NCBI GenBank assembly: GCA_002104945.1
Contig: MCFH01000095.1
Span: 52,648 to 116,647 of the forward strand
Length of the DNA: 64,000 nt
Direction of reading: 5' to 3'
Origin: Piromyces finnis finn
Lineage: Eukaryota > Fungi > Neocallimastigomycota
A program made the position numbers and the translations under genes. The notes below the pieces were generated by a model, which did not search any database, was not told the DNA's origin, and worked only from the letters and a program-made list of their open reading frames with translations. This document shows, piece by piece, positions 1 to 15,389 of this stretch (within the stretch, counting starts at the first letter, position 1; every line of letters starts with the position of its first letter).

Positions 1-1
1 A

Positions 2-3000
2 AATATTACAGAGACGATATTTCAGGCATATTCCAATACTTCATCGAATACGGATATATATAAACTAAAAATCACAATTGGCGAGAAGACTTTCACAGAG
101 ATATTTAGGGTTATCGAAAAAGATGATATCTTTGATATATTAATTGGAATCGATTCCCTTAAAAGGAATAGGTTTAGTTTAAATTTTGTGGATGATAATT
201 TATATTACATTGATAAAAACAATTCTCCCATGAAAATTGCAGACCTCCATTATGATGTAAATCTCCAGGAATCTAAAGGGGAGGATTCAGAGGAGGAAAC
301 TATAGAAGAAACACCAATGTTAATAACAGTAGCGATGTCTACCCAGAATGAAGGAAAAGAAGGAACGTTAGAAACAAAAGAAAATATTATTAATAATATT
401 GTGAATAAAATTCCGAAAGATATTAGAGATGTAGTAAGAAAGCTATTTGATAAATTTAATCATGTTATCGCTGTTAAAACTGACGATCTGAGTAGAACAA
501 AATTACTACCTCATCGTATCAGGTTGAAGCCAAACTCGTTTCCTTTTAAACAACGAGCATATAGGCTATCAAAAGTGCAAGCAGATGCATTGAAAGAGGA
601 GTTAACCAAGCTGATTAAGAATAAATTAATTGAACCATCCCATTCATCGTGGTCGTCGCCTGTAGTCTTAGTGCCTAAGAAAAATGGAAAATACCGAATG
701 TGTGTGGATTATCGACGCTTAAATGAATGTACAATAAAGGATTCCTACGCTCTACCACTAATTGATGACATACTGTGCTACGTAGGTAAGAAAGCTGTTT
801 TGACTACTATGGATTTGTTTTCGGGTTACCACCAAGTTCCGATGTATCCTGAGGATGAAGATCTTACATGTTTTACCACTATATATGGAAACTATAATTT
901 CAAGGTAATGCCTTTCGGGTTATGTAATGCCCCAGCTACCTTCCAGAGAGAAATGAACAGGATTTTCTTCGACCTTATTGGGAAGTGTGTCTTTATTTAT
1001 ATTGATGATTTGATAGTCTTTTCCAATACAATGGAAGAACATATTAGAGATTTATCAAAGGTTTTTAAAATACTCAGGGAAAATGGTTTAAGAATCAACA
1101 TTGAGAAGTGTCACTTCTTTCAAGAAGAAGTAGAATTGCTAGGCCATGTATTATCTAAAGAAGGAATTAAACCAATTCCGGGGAAAACGCAGGTAATCAT
1201 GAACTGGCTACCACCGAAAAATGTTTCTCAATTGCGTTCGTTTTTAGGGGCTGTAAGTTACTACCGAAAATTTATTGATAAATTTGCACAATATGCTAAA
1301 CCATTATTTAAGTTATTAAAGAAAGACGAAGAGTTCAAATGGAGTCCAGAGGCGAATAATTCATTTGAAATCTTAAAATTAAGACTAATAGAAGCTCCGA
1401 TATTAATGCCACCGGATTTTGATAAACCATTCAAGATTAGAACAGATGCATCACGTAATGGGATAGGTGGAGTGATTTTACAAATAGATGAAGATGGAAT
1501 GGAGAAACCACTACACTTTGTAAGTAGGACACTGAATAAATCAGAAGAAAACTATAGTGTAACAGATTTAGAAGGGACAGCTGCATATTATTGTTCTAGG
1601 AAATTCAAGCATTATATAGTAGGAAATACGTTGGAAACTGAATTAATCACCGACCATAAACCGCTAGTTGGATTGATTAATAATAGCGAACCAACCAATA
1701 ATCGACATCTTAAATGGGTCACTACGTTTAGTATATTAAAAATCAAAGTGTTGTACGAAGAAGGAAAGAAGAATGTAATAGCTGACGCTCTATCAAGATT
1801 GACCAGTAAGGAAGAAAGTCAGTTAGCACCAAGACCAAGTCATAACAAACAAACAATCAACGTGATCGTGGAGAACAATAGTAATACTACTACTAATAAT
1901 AAAATAAGTGAGAATAATAATCAATATAAAAATATAAATGATTTTATTAATAGGAAACTTATAACTATGGATGGAATACAATACTACAAGAGTAATGGGA
2001 AACTAAGAAGAATTATAGATGATGACGAAGAAAAATTCAGACTAATTGAAGCCGCTCATTCTATCGGACATGAAGGTATATACAAGACCTATCATAGGCT
2101 AAAGAAGGAATTTTATTGGAAGGGCATGAATAACGATATAAAAATTTATATTAAGTGTTGTCCAAGATGCCAACAATTCAAGCCACAGAAATCTAACCTT
2201 TTTGTTGAAAGCATACCTACAAAGCCAGGCTTACCATTTTCAAGAGTAGGTCTTGATCTGGTAGGTCCGTTGCCAATAACAAATAAAGGCAATAAATACA
2301 TCATTGTCCTAGTGGACTATTTAACTAAATGGGTGGAGGCTGAGGCTTTGGAGAATATAGAATCCGATGATGTCATTGACTTTTTGAAGAGGGTATTTTC
2401 TCGCCATGGTATTCCAGAGGTTCTAGTAACAGACAATGGACCTCAATTTAGATCTGATAAGACGAAGGCATTCCTGGATTTACATGACGTGTACGTCCAA
2501 TACGTATCGACATACCACCCTGCATCTAATGGAGAAGTGGAAAACCGGAATAAGGAGATAATCAAATATCTGAAACTATTAGGTAATGAAGAAGATGAAT
2601 GGGATGAAATACTGCCTAGTGCATTATGGGCCCTTAGAACTTGTAAAAACGAAATTACAAAGTTCAGCAGCTTTGAACTACTATATGGACGCAAAGATCT
2701 ACAACCCTTCGAACTATCTTTGATGAAAGACAGGAATAAGTATGAGAACGAAGAGGAATATTGGATACAGAAGTTCGTGAGACATCATAAGTGGATACAA
2801 GAAGCCATCGATAATATTGAAACAGCCAATAAATTATGGAGTGACCGGAGACGACAGAGTAAACGAATGAGAGCCGCATATAAACCTGGAGATTTAGTAT
2901 TAGTTAAAGTATTCAATAGAAGGAAACTGGACCCTTATTTTACTGGACCCTTAAAAATCATAAAGAAAGAATTTAATACAGTTACAGTTTGTGATCCTAT

Positions 3001-3067
3001 TTCAGGGGAAATTGCAGAACGGAATATTCACTTAAAGAATATAATTCCATATTTTTCTGAATTGTAA
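2..3067 (+). mobile_element. pol: Ty3/Gypsy LTR retrotransposon pol (end of protease, RT, RNase H, integrase); 5' end lies outside the window
   Basis: Frame is open from base 2 (protease C-terminal DILIGIDSL). RT motifs YRMCVDYRRLN, MPFGLCNAPATFQ, FIYIDD; RNase H TDAS and TDHKPL; integrase HHCC (H630-H...C..C), VGLDLVGP, VTDNGPQF, NGEVE; GPY/F-like PYFTGP. No chromodomain. Confidence 0.97.
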
Positions 3068-3090
3068 TAAAAAAAAAAAAATATTTAAAA

Positions 3091-3127
3091 TTGGACTTCA
3101 AGGGACGAAGTCCAAACTAAGGCGGGA
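3091..3127 (+). promoter_or_regulatory. 9-bp hairpin followed by polypurine tract of the left Gypsy element
   Basis: TTGGACTTC-aagggac-GAAGTCCAA (3091-3115), then AAGGCGGGA immediately before TG at 3128. Confidence 0.7.
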
Positions 3128-3764
3128 TGTCTTGGTACACCACATTCAGAAAAATGCAATAAATCCATATATTTGGTAAATGAAATAACCCTTATAATAT
3201 ATATGGATTTAAATATTTTTATTTAATAAATTTATATAACGATAGTAATAATAAGAATGGTAAATTAAATTAAATTAATAACTTATAAATAATTTATTAA
3301 AGTAAAATAAACTTTTTATAATTTAATATAAGGATGATAAAAATATAATTATATAAGGAGGAGAAAGACGCGTATATATATATAAAAGAAAAGAAGAGTT
3401 TTTAGTTTTAGTTAGTTTTTAGTTAGTTTATATTAGTTATATTATAAATAAAATAAAGATAAGGTGATAATAATAGAAGAATAAATAATATTATTGTTAG
3501 ATTTAGTGAAGGAATTAATAATAATATTAGTTTATTTTCTAAGATTATACCTATTTTTAAAACAAATAATAATATAAAATAATAATAAATAATACTTATA
3601 AATAATAAAGCTTGTAATAAAAATAATAAAATAATAAACAAAATAATAAAATAATATATAATCAAAAAATATTCATCTAGAATATAAATTTGTTATTTAT
3701 AACTGTTGTAGTGTCCCAAACAATAAAGAAAAAGGTACTTATAATAAAATTCTGTACCAAAAAT
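3128..3764 (+). repeat. Probable 3' LTR of the left Gypsy element
   Basis: Starts TGTCTTGGTAC right after the PPT; partial inverted terminus GTACCAA at 3754-3760; internal TATA-like TATATAAAAG. No second LTR in the window, so the right end is approximate. Confidence 0.5.
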
Positions 3765-4089
3765 TATTGGCGCCTAACAGAAATTACTATTTTAAAATCA
3801 TTGTCTTAACCCTATGTGATTTTATCTAAATTACATAAGGTGAAGACAATGATATTATAATTAAGTTTCATATAAAATAAAATAAATGATACTAATTTTA
3901 ATAATAGTTTATTTTTATAATAAAAGAATACTGTTTAAATCTGTATTATTAATAAATAAATACAAAATATAATATTTTAATAATAATTTATTTAGTATCG
4001 TAGTATTTATTCAATAATGTATCACTTTTAATACATTACATAATAAAAATACATTAAATGATTTTATTGGATGAAAATATTGTAAATAT

Positions 4090-4985
<896 letters not shown>

Positions 4986-5949
4986 TTTTTTTGAATGGAC
5001 AGCTTTTACAATTCATCGGAGGGTCTCATGTTCCATAGATAGAAGGTCTTGCCGCTTTTTTTTTTTTTTACTAAATCCTTATCATAGAGTAGTTCAATGA
5101 GGCTACTTCTTGATAGGGATTTAGTAAGGACATACCAAACGTCATCGAGAGTGCCAACGTTGTACCGATATAGTAAAGGAACCATCCTAATGTTCCGTAC
5201 AGAGGGTTTAATGTTTTAATATTTCTTCAAAAGAAAACATTATGAACTCATAGGAGAGTCTACGTGTAACACTATTCTACCTGATATTACTTTTTCTTTT
5301 TTTATTTCAATTAATTTATTAGGTAGGGACCAATCCCACTGTACAAATTGCAGATTCGGTGAACTATTACTTAAAATAATTATTATATTTTATTTTATAT
5401 CTCTATCTTTATCTATACCTATATATATATTTTATTATTTATCAAAAAATATTATCTCCTAATATAATGTAAAATCATAAAGTAAAAACAAAAAGTATAT
5501 TCTCTTTCTTGACTAAAATAAAATTTATTACATTATATCATATTAAATAAATTGCTTGTTGAATCCTTTCAAATTTGAAGGATTCAACTTTACAAATTAA
5601 TCTAAAAATTAAAATATAACAATCCTTAAAATTGGGTTTATTATTAATAAAGTATATAAGAAAAATATCTTTTTTTCTTTTGTATAAATTTATAATAATG
5701 ATTTAAAATTGAATAAAATTTAAAAAAAAAAGAAGATATGATTCAGATACTACACATACAAATACATTAAATTAAAATAAACATATAAAAAGGTTTTTAC
5801 TTTACACCAAACATTTCATCTAATAGAGTAAGGTTAAAAAATAAATATTTTCTTGAACAATTAAATACTATTAACTATTCATTTAGTTTTTATTTATTTA
5901 TTTCGTTTTTTTATGTAACATTTCATTATTCTTAATTTATGTAATTTTT

Positions 5950-8554
5950 TTATTTTACTAGTGTAGAATTTTCTTGATCATTAATCCTTTGTAAACTTTG
6001 ATTAAAAAATATATTATTAGGATTATCAAAAATAATATCATTTTCAATACATGTATCAGAGGTAGCATCTTCATTAATTATTTCAACAGAGGATTTATCT
6101 GGTTTACTTTTTTTATTGTTTATTTGGCTATTTTTTCGATTTTTTATAAATAACGATATATCAGGTGCATTGATGTATTGACTCAGTCGACTCTCATTAT
6201 TGGAAGAAAATGTTTCTATTGGGTATCTAAAAATATAATACAATCTTGTTCCAACTAAATAATAAACACATATAATTGACAGTATGATATAACTAATAAT
6301 AAGTAGTACATAACTTGAGAAATAGTTATAATCAACAATCTTCTTTAATGATAAAATAACAAATAAATTAATAATATAGGCAAATAACATAATATTAATA
6401 AATTTTATTTCCCCATATTTCTTTGATACTTTTTTCGTTTTTACTACCATATATAATATTGTAAAGAACTAATAGTTAAAAATAATAAAAAATTATTATA
6501 ATGTTAGTTTAATATATTAAAAATAAATATAATAGAAATTATGTATAAATAAATAAATAAACAACTAGATAAATTATAATAAAAATAAATAAATAAACAA
6601 CTAAATAAATATAATAAAAATAAATAAATAAATAATTCTATATATATAGAATTTTATAAATATTTACCATTATCCTATAAATTATTCGATCAAGATATTC
6701 AAGCATATACCCATCTTTAAATTTACATTTTGGATGACGAAAAGTTGTTATATTACCAAAAGTTTCTATATAGAATTTAAATTTTATAATATAGAATAAA
6801 CCCGATAGCAGCATAAGGAGCATCACAATAATTATTATTTTAAATAAACGTTTATTATCTAATTTTTTACCAAAGTTGACCCTTGACTTATTATTATATA
6901 TGGTATAAATTCGAAAGGTGATCACAAGTATTGGTAGCATAACCAAGTTGGACATTATGATGTTATTAATAAACATTATCTGACACATTGTTGTCGATTT
7001 TGTGTAAACCTCAAATATAGGAGTTAACGTATACAATACGATTCCTATAATAATATAACAGCAAAGGACTGGCGAATATGATTTCAAATAGGGGTGTTTT
7101 TTATATTTTAGCAATAATATTAATGGAATTAATGATCCTAAAATAGTAATTATGAATGATATATGAAAGGAAATCTTTATGGTATCTTTTCTTTTTGAGT
7201 GATCAATGACCAACATGTTAATATTTTCAAATATGTTTGAAATATAGGAATAGCTTAAACCAGCCAAGAAATTCCTTATGGCTTGAGGTAAAAGTAATCT
7301 TATTTCGATAAATGGTGGATTATATTTACCTTTAAATGCTTCTTTAATGTTAATTCTATTCATATTATCCATTAATTCACATAGTTCTGAATTTTCATGA
7401 CAATACCTTCCAATAGACTCAATTTGATCCTTTTTTGACACATCAAAAGTTGGAATAGCACCAAAATTATCAGCTCTAAAAATTTGCATTTCTTCAGATA
7501 TTAAATTAAGAGTGACATTTTTAAGTAAATCAGCCGAATAATTACTATTTTTATTAATAATTGCATACTTTATATTTGTAACTGTTGTGTTTTTTGGTGG
7601 TAGTGATACCAAAAAAGTTTTATTTTTTGTTTCAATATATTTATAATGGGATGCTTTTCCTCTTGTTAAGAAAACCTCATTATCTAATAGAGAATTATAT
7701 ATATTTTTTTGTGTTTTCTCAAAAGGTTTATCTATACTAAATGTAGATAGCTTTGTGATAAAGGATTGAAAGGAATTAAATAAATCAAGAGATTTTTCTC
7801 CATAAAAAATAGTTTCAAAGTTTGTACCATTTATTTTAATATTATATTTATTTGTGGTATATTCTATAAAGAAATCTAATAGTTCATCATCATCATTTAA
7901 ATTTAATTCGATATATGCGGCGGGATTTGAATTAGTTGATTTGTTATTTGATGGATTGACCATTAATAACACATCATCCCATGTTAAACTATTTATACTT
8001 TTATCCACTAAATTTATTTTATTATAGTATATTAAATTAAAATCTTGTTCATACGGCAATCCGAATAAATCTTTATCCGTTAAAAACCCATTTTCTAAGG
8101 CATTGGCAGTATGATAGGAAAATCGTGTCGTGTTATAGATGTTTGCTAAATTCATATAATTATCTCTAATATTTCTTATATCATACTGATGATTGGCAAA
8201 ACCACTTTCGATGAAAGAAACATCATTAAATAAAAACTTTTCATCCACTATTAGGATATCATAATTTGATTTTTTTATTTCTTTTATTATAAATTCACTA
8301 TAGGTTTCTTTTGAAAAAGAATTATTTCTTGAGAAACAAGTAAAATTTAAATGAATTCTATTTAATTCTGAATATGAATTATAAAATTTCAAAAAAAAAT
8401 TATTTTGTAAAGTTGAATAATTTGTACAATTAAAAAATTCTCCCGTATTAGGTTCTTCAATTAACAATTGAAGATTTATTTCATTCGCATAACATTTCAT
8501 AAAAAATATTATACAATAAATAAAAGTAATTAAATTAATTATACTCAATTTCAT
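5950..8554 (-). CDS. Class C-like (7tm_3) GPCR with N-terminal solute-binding-protein-like ectodomain; exons 8554-6668 and 6468-5950
   Basis: Signal peptide; SBP-like motifs DILIVD and LFGLPYEQDFNLIYYN; hydrophobic helices with KHPYLKSYSP and TFRIYTIYNN typical of class C 7TM; phase-0 GT-AG intron 6667-6469 joins RIM to FFTILYMVVKT in frame. Confidence 0.85.
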
Positions 8555-10171
8555 TTTTTTTTTTTTTTTAAAAAAAATTATTTATTTTTCTTTCATATGC
8601 AATTTATATGAATTTGACATTTACATTTATAAATTATAAAATATATAGTAATAACTACATAATTTTTATTATTATTTTTTTTTTGGTTTTATTTAAATTT
8701 TAAATTATTTATTTTAAATTACTATTTAGGTATTTAATATTGCCAAAGATAAATTGTCATTATTTAATAATATAGTTATTTGGTTTTTAAATTTTTTTAT
8801 ATAAGGAATATACTTTTTTTAATGATTTTTCTAATTTTATAGTTTAATAATTTGTTAAAAAAAGTATATTATTTTAATAATTCAATAGTCTTTCTTTTTT
8901 AAATTTATTATTTTTAAAAAGTGTTCTTTTTATTTAATTGAAAAAAGGCAATTCTTTCATTTCAAAAAAAAAAAAAAAAGAAAAAGAAATGTTTTCTTTT
9001 TTCTCTATTATATAATTATTACAATGTTTACTAATAAAAAAATTTTTTTTTTTTTTTGTTTATGTTTTAAAAAAATTTTAATCTATTTGTTATATTCTTT
9101 TAATAATATATTCCTTTATATTCTATTCTATCTAAGATATATTTTTAATTTAATTGAAAATGTATCATAAAACAAAAATAAATTTTTTAATTTATTTTTA
9201 ACTTTTTTTTTGGTTACAAATTAAAAATTTGAGACAGATTAATTTTTTAATATATTTTATATATTGTAATAAATTATTTTATGTAAAAAAATTTATTAAT
9301 TTTTTTATTTAATTTAAATAAAAATAAATGTAAATAATAAATGTTACACCAATTTATTTTATTACACAATTTAATATAATAAATAATGAATAAGGTTGAT
9401 TATCTCTTTATAGAAAATTAAATCGTGTAACATAAAAAGGTATACATTTTTAAATTTATGATATTTTTATTTATTATGGAAATTTGTGTAACTTTCATGA
9501 TTTAAATTTTAAATTTAATAAAAATGAATCATATTTTTTTACAAAAAGAAAAAAAAAAGTAAACTAAAAAACGTAAAGTGAAAAACATAAACTACAATAA
9601 GTATAAAAGAAAAAGAAGCATTTAAAAAGAGTTGAAAATAAAAAGATAAAATTTAAAATAAATGCTTTTTTTAAATGTATTAATTTCTTTGTTTAAATTA
9701 AATTTGAACATTTTTTTAAATTTTTTTAAAAAAATGAAACTTTAAAAAAAATTTTTTTAAAAATGTTTCATCTTAAAAAAAAAAACCCACCAGAAATGAA
9801 ACAAAATAATGCCAAAAAAAAACTAGAAAAAAAAATTTTTTTTTTTTGTATCAAAATTCCATGCAACAAAAGCAAAAAAAAAATGGTTGTTAGGAATGGG
9901 AAAAAAATATTTATATAATAACACTTTTAATGAATATTTCTTAAATAAATGATTTCACTTGTAACATGAAATATTAATCGAAATATAAATAATAAACGAT
10001 AGTATTTATTTGTCTATTCATTAAATCATTATCGATATTGTATGGGTGGTTACACTATCATTGGTAAATAATATAATGATGTTAGTACTCTGGAAAAAGT
10101 ATACCTATTTACTTTATTCCAAATTTTCATGTTATAAAATTCATAATAATTAAAAATATGTTCATATTCTA

Positions 10172-10466
<295 letters not shown>

Positions 10467-12811
10467 GTTGTTGCTGTAGTAATTTTTCGAATCTTATATA
10501 ATTATAAAAAAGTATATATACATACATTATTCTATTCTATTAAACATTATTATATATTAGAAATTATATTATCTTCAATTTATGAATTCAATATATATTG
10601 AATTACATCTTTAATTTCTTTAAATAAAAAATAGTTAATAGTATATGTATGATATCCTATATAAACATATAAATAGCTAGTTTTTAATTTTTTTTATTGA
10701 TAAAACTGTTTTTCTATAATTTTTATTATTACTACTTCTTTAGTTGACATTGTAAGATTGATATGTTTTTTAGTTTATTTATTAAATAAGTAAAAGAAAA
10801 TTTTTTATTTTCTAGTTTAAAGAAGCTTGCTACTTTATCAAAAATATTAATATATTCAATTTTTTTTTAAAATATCAAAAGCAAAATAAAATTATCAGTT
10901 TTAATTAATTATTTCATGACTTCTTTTTAATGGTTTTTTTTTTTAATATTTTATTAATTATTTTTGTTAATTTTTTTAACTTGAAGATTGTTAGATTCAT
11001 TTATTTCTTTTACTATTTCATTAATATGTATCATCAATAGTACTTTCATTTCTCATTTAGAGTGTTATGGTGTAAAGATTCTAATAAAGTATTATGTTAT
11101 AATTTTCTTGATTGATTTTTTTTTGAAGTCATCTCGTTATTATTTTTATGTGTGTTCAATACTATTTTATATATTTTGTTTTGTTCTTTCTTTCTTTTTT
11201 TTATTTATTATTTAGTATTATTAAATTTACAAAATAAAAATTTAAAAATAAATAATTTCTAGTATTGTTGTTTATTTAAAAATTGTTTTAAACTAATATT
11301 CAAGAAATAAAAAGAGTTTATAAAAATTCACTTAAAACCATCCTGTTCATATAATTTTTTCAAACTTTTATAATATAATCAAGAATAATATAAAAATAAA
11401 AAATTACTTTATAATGTCCATATCACTAATATTTATTAATAAAAATAAAAGTACATCCTTTTTCTTTTTTTCTTTTTTTTTTTTTTTTGTTAATACCAAT
11501 TCAATTTTAACTAGTAGATATACTTATTTGGTCAAATATTTACCTTTCACTGATATACTTAAATATATTAACAACAAATATTTTATGAATATTTTATTAA
11601 GATTTTATTTTTTCTTATAATTAATAATAATAATAAATTTTACTATTTCGATACAACCTTCATACATACTATAATATTAATAATTTAATTTTATTATTTT
11701 TGTAATTTTTATTTGAAAATAAACGTTAAATAATATTATGAATGTATTTTTTTAACAATCCATAGCAATAGCAATATAATAAAAAAAATCTAGTCTTTTA
11801 TTAAATATATATATTAATAAGTCCTCTTTTTTTTTTTTTTTATTACTACATCATTTTAATAATATGCTGTAGTAGTATATATATTTTTTATAATAAATAA
11901 GATTAAAAAATAAAACGGATAACATTAAATGTATGCTTTAGATTTTTACTACACCTACACTAATAAATGGTTATATGAATTTATAATGGTAAAAAAAAAA
12001 AAAAAAAAGCAACTTTTATGTATATTTGTGCATTTATTTGTTATCTATTTATTATAAATAAAAAGAAAAGTTTAAATAAATTGGTTAAAAGATATTTTAA
12101 TTATTAATTATAAAAGAAAAAAAAAAAGGCATATTACACTTTAATTTCTTTATATAATAATTATATAATAAAAATAGATATTAAGAAGTAATTTAAATAT
12201 TTTATTTTAAAATATTTTTTATTATATGATATTCTTTTATATATTCTTTGATATATTTAAAATGAGGAGAAAAAAAAAAAAAGTTAAATAGTACTGATGG
12301 TGATGGTAGTGGTGGTAGTAGTGGGTGGTTATTTTTAAAAATTTATATAAATTTAAAATTTAATAATAATTAAAATTAAATAATTAAACTTATTAAAATT
12401 AAACCAAACTTTTTGTTTAAATTTTTATTTTAAACCTTATTTTTTTTTACATTTCATTGATTGTCCATTTGAAATGAAATTTAAAAGTTTTTACCCAACA
12501 CTTACATTAGTATTAAAAATATAATATCCAAAAAAGAGAGGGGAAGAGTTTAACCTTTATTTATCATTGTAGGTGTAATTAATTAATTAATTTTAAGATT
12601 ACATTAATATTTTTATTTTTTTACCAATATATTATTTAGTATATGTCATTAAATATAAATTTATAAATTTATATGTCCATTAGTTTTATTTTGTATTATA
12701 TATTTTTTTAAAAAGTAAGTATTAAATATAAAAATAACATAAAAAATGTAATATTTAATAATTCCTATTTTTTAGTAATAAAATAAAATAATAATAAAAA
12801 GATTTATAATC

Positions 12812-15346
12812 ATGAAGAAAGAAATTTCTCTCACACCAAAAGAGAAAATTGAAAAATATAATATTTTTATGAAAATATGTGAAGCCATTAGAAATATTGA
12901 TGAAAATAAACAATTTTTGTGTATAGAAACGGAATTTTTTGATATTGAAAAAAAAGATTTAACTGAAATTGGATGGTGTATTTTTAAAAAAGATGGTACC
13001 ATAGTAAAAAATAGTCACTTTTTAATAAAAGAGATTTTTAATTCAGTAATAAATCCAAATTCTGAAATACTAGAGTTAAATGCCATTAAAAATAAATTAG
13101 AAATTGATATTAAAAGTGTAAACTATATAGTTGGCTATGAAATAGATGATATATTAAACACTATAAATATTTTAGAAAATACAGATATAAAATCAAAATT
13201 TGTTAAAATAAAAGATTCATTTATTCCAGAATATGGTATAATTGATACTGATGACTTATGTTTTGGAGGAAGTATAGATAAAAGTATAAAAAATTTGAAA
13301 TATCCCTATGAAAAGTCATTTAACATTGGTAAAATATTTATTCTATTTTATTTTATTTTATTTTTTTTTTTAGTGTTAAAACACATAATAATAATATATT
13401 ATATTTATGATTTTATGCGTATCGTAGTGTTCTTTATATTCTCTGTTTATAATTTGTTTTTATTTTTCTACTTTATTATTTTTTCATTATTTATTTTTCC
13501 TTTATAAATATATATATGGATAAAGGTGTTAATATATATATATTTATTAATAATATATTCTTTCTAATTTTTTATATTAAAAAAAATGTGGAATATGGAA
13601 TGGTATCAGAGGAAGATATAGTAAATACAATAACATTTTTATTAAAAATTATTTATAATGATTATGCAAAATTAATTAACGCCATCAGACATAATATTAG
13701 TGAAAATAGATTTTTTATGTGTATAGACGTCGAATCAAGTAAAAATAATCCAAATATACTATCAGAGTTGGGTTGGTGTATTTTTCAAAAGGATGGAACA
13801 GTTAAAAAAAAGAAGCATGTCATTGTAAAAGAAAATATGGAAAAAGAATTTGATGGGTTAGAGAATGACAAACATTACTTGATTGGAAAACCGGAGATTC
13901 AAGACATCACCTCAATTAATGAGGAATTAAAAAATGATTTAAAAGAAATAAATTATATAGTTAGTCAAAGAATTAATCTTGATTTAAACCTTTTAAAAAC
14001 AATTAATATTGATATATCAAACTTTGTTTTAATGAATAACCATAAAGTTCCTCAATACGGTATTATAGATATCATGAATTTATATGATGGAATCTTCTTT
14101 TCAAATTGTCAAGGATTGGAACAAGGTTTAACTAAATTAGGAATTTCATATGATGAATTAGATAATACAGGTAAGGAAAAGAAAAAAATATATAATATAT
14201 ACATTTTATTGTATAAAAAAGTATTTTAAGAGGAAAAAAAAAATACGTCCGAAGATTATAGATACCCTAATATCTTTTATTATATTAATTAATCAATAAT
14301 AAAAATATTTATATATTTTAATATTTTATTTTATTTTTTATTTTTTATTTTATTTTATTTTATTTTATTTTATTTTATTTTATTTTATTTTATTTTATTT
14401 TATTTTATTTTATTTTATTTTATTTTATTTTATTTTATTTTATTTTATTTTATTTTATTTTATTTTATTTTATTTTATTTTATTTTATTTTATTTTATTT
14501 TATTTTATTTTATTTTATTTTATTTTATTTTATTTTATTTTATTTTATTTAATACTAACTCAATATTCATTTATTCAATGTATATGTATCTTTCTTATAT
14601 ATAGGCAATAAAACACATTATATAATGGATTTCTTTTTCAAAGTAATTGATAAAGACAAACCAGAAAAATATAAAGATTTTGTTCATTTAATTAACAGTA
14701 TAAGAAGTAGAATTGATAAAGAAAAATTATTTTTATGCTTAGATATTGAAGCGTATGAACTTGAAAAAAAGTTTTTAACTGAATTTGGTTGGTGTATTTT
14801 TAAAAAGGATGGGGTAATCCTAGAAAATAAACATTTTATTGTTAAAGAAAATATGAAATATCATAATGGTATTCATGTACCAGATAATAGAGAAAACTAT
14901 TTATTTGGAAAATCTGAAATAAGGGAATTAAAAGAAATTGAAGAAGAATTAAAAATCGATGTTGCCAAAGTTAATTATTTGGTTGGACAAGGAGTTATCA
15001 GTGATATTCGTTTTCTTAAAAAAATTAAATTCAAGACTTCAAAATTTAAAAAAATGAATGGTAAATATGTTCCAGAATTTGGAATAATTGATACCATGGA
15101 TTTGTATTCAGGATATTTCCTTAAACAAGGTGTTAGTCTAGAAAAAATGTTAATTAAATTAAATATTTCATACGATAAGTTACATAATGCAGGTAATAAA
15201 AAAAAACCTTTTTATAAAATTTGAAAAGAAAAAAAAAAAGATTGATATTTAATAATATGTATATTATATAATATTAATAGTTATAATATAATATTATAAA
15301 GATATATATTAACGATATTAATTCCAAATTATTGATTTTATAAAAT

Positions 15347-15389
<43 letters not shown>

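Noticed and set aside
3093-3113. Identical stem GGACTTC/GAAGTCC in the left Gypsy pre-PPT hairpin and the chromovirus gag-pol hairpin (55064-55081)
   Set aside because: Different functional positions and loops in unrelated elements; a 7-bp coincidence cannot be excluded.
5041-5110. Resemblance to U5 loop I (GCC..TTTTACTAAA) and U4 (CAATGAGG)
   Set aside because: Matches are too short, no Sm site or other conserved stems were recognised, and poly-T inflates the similarity.
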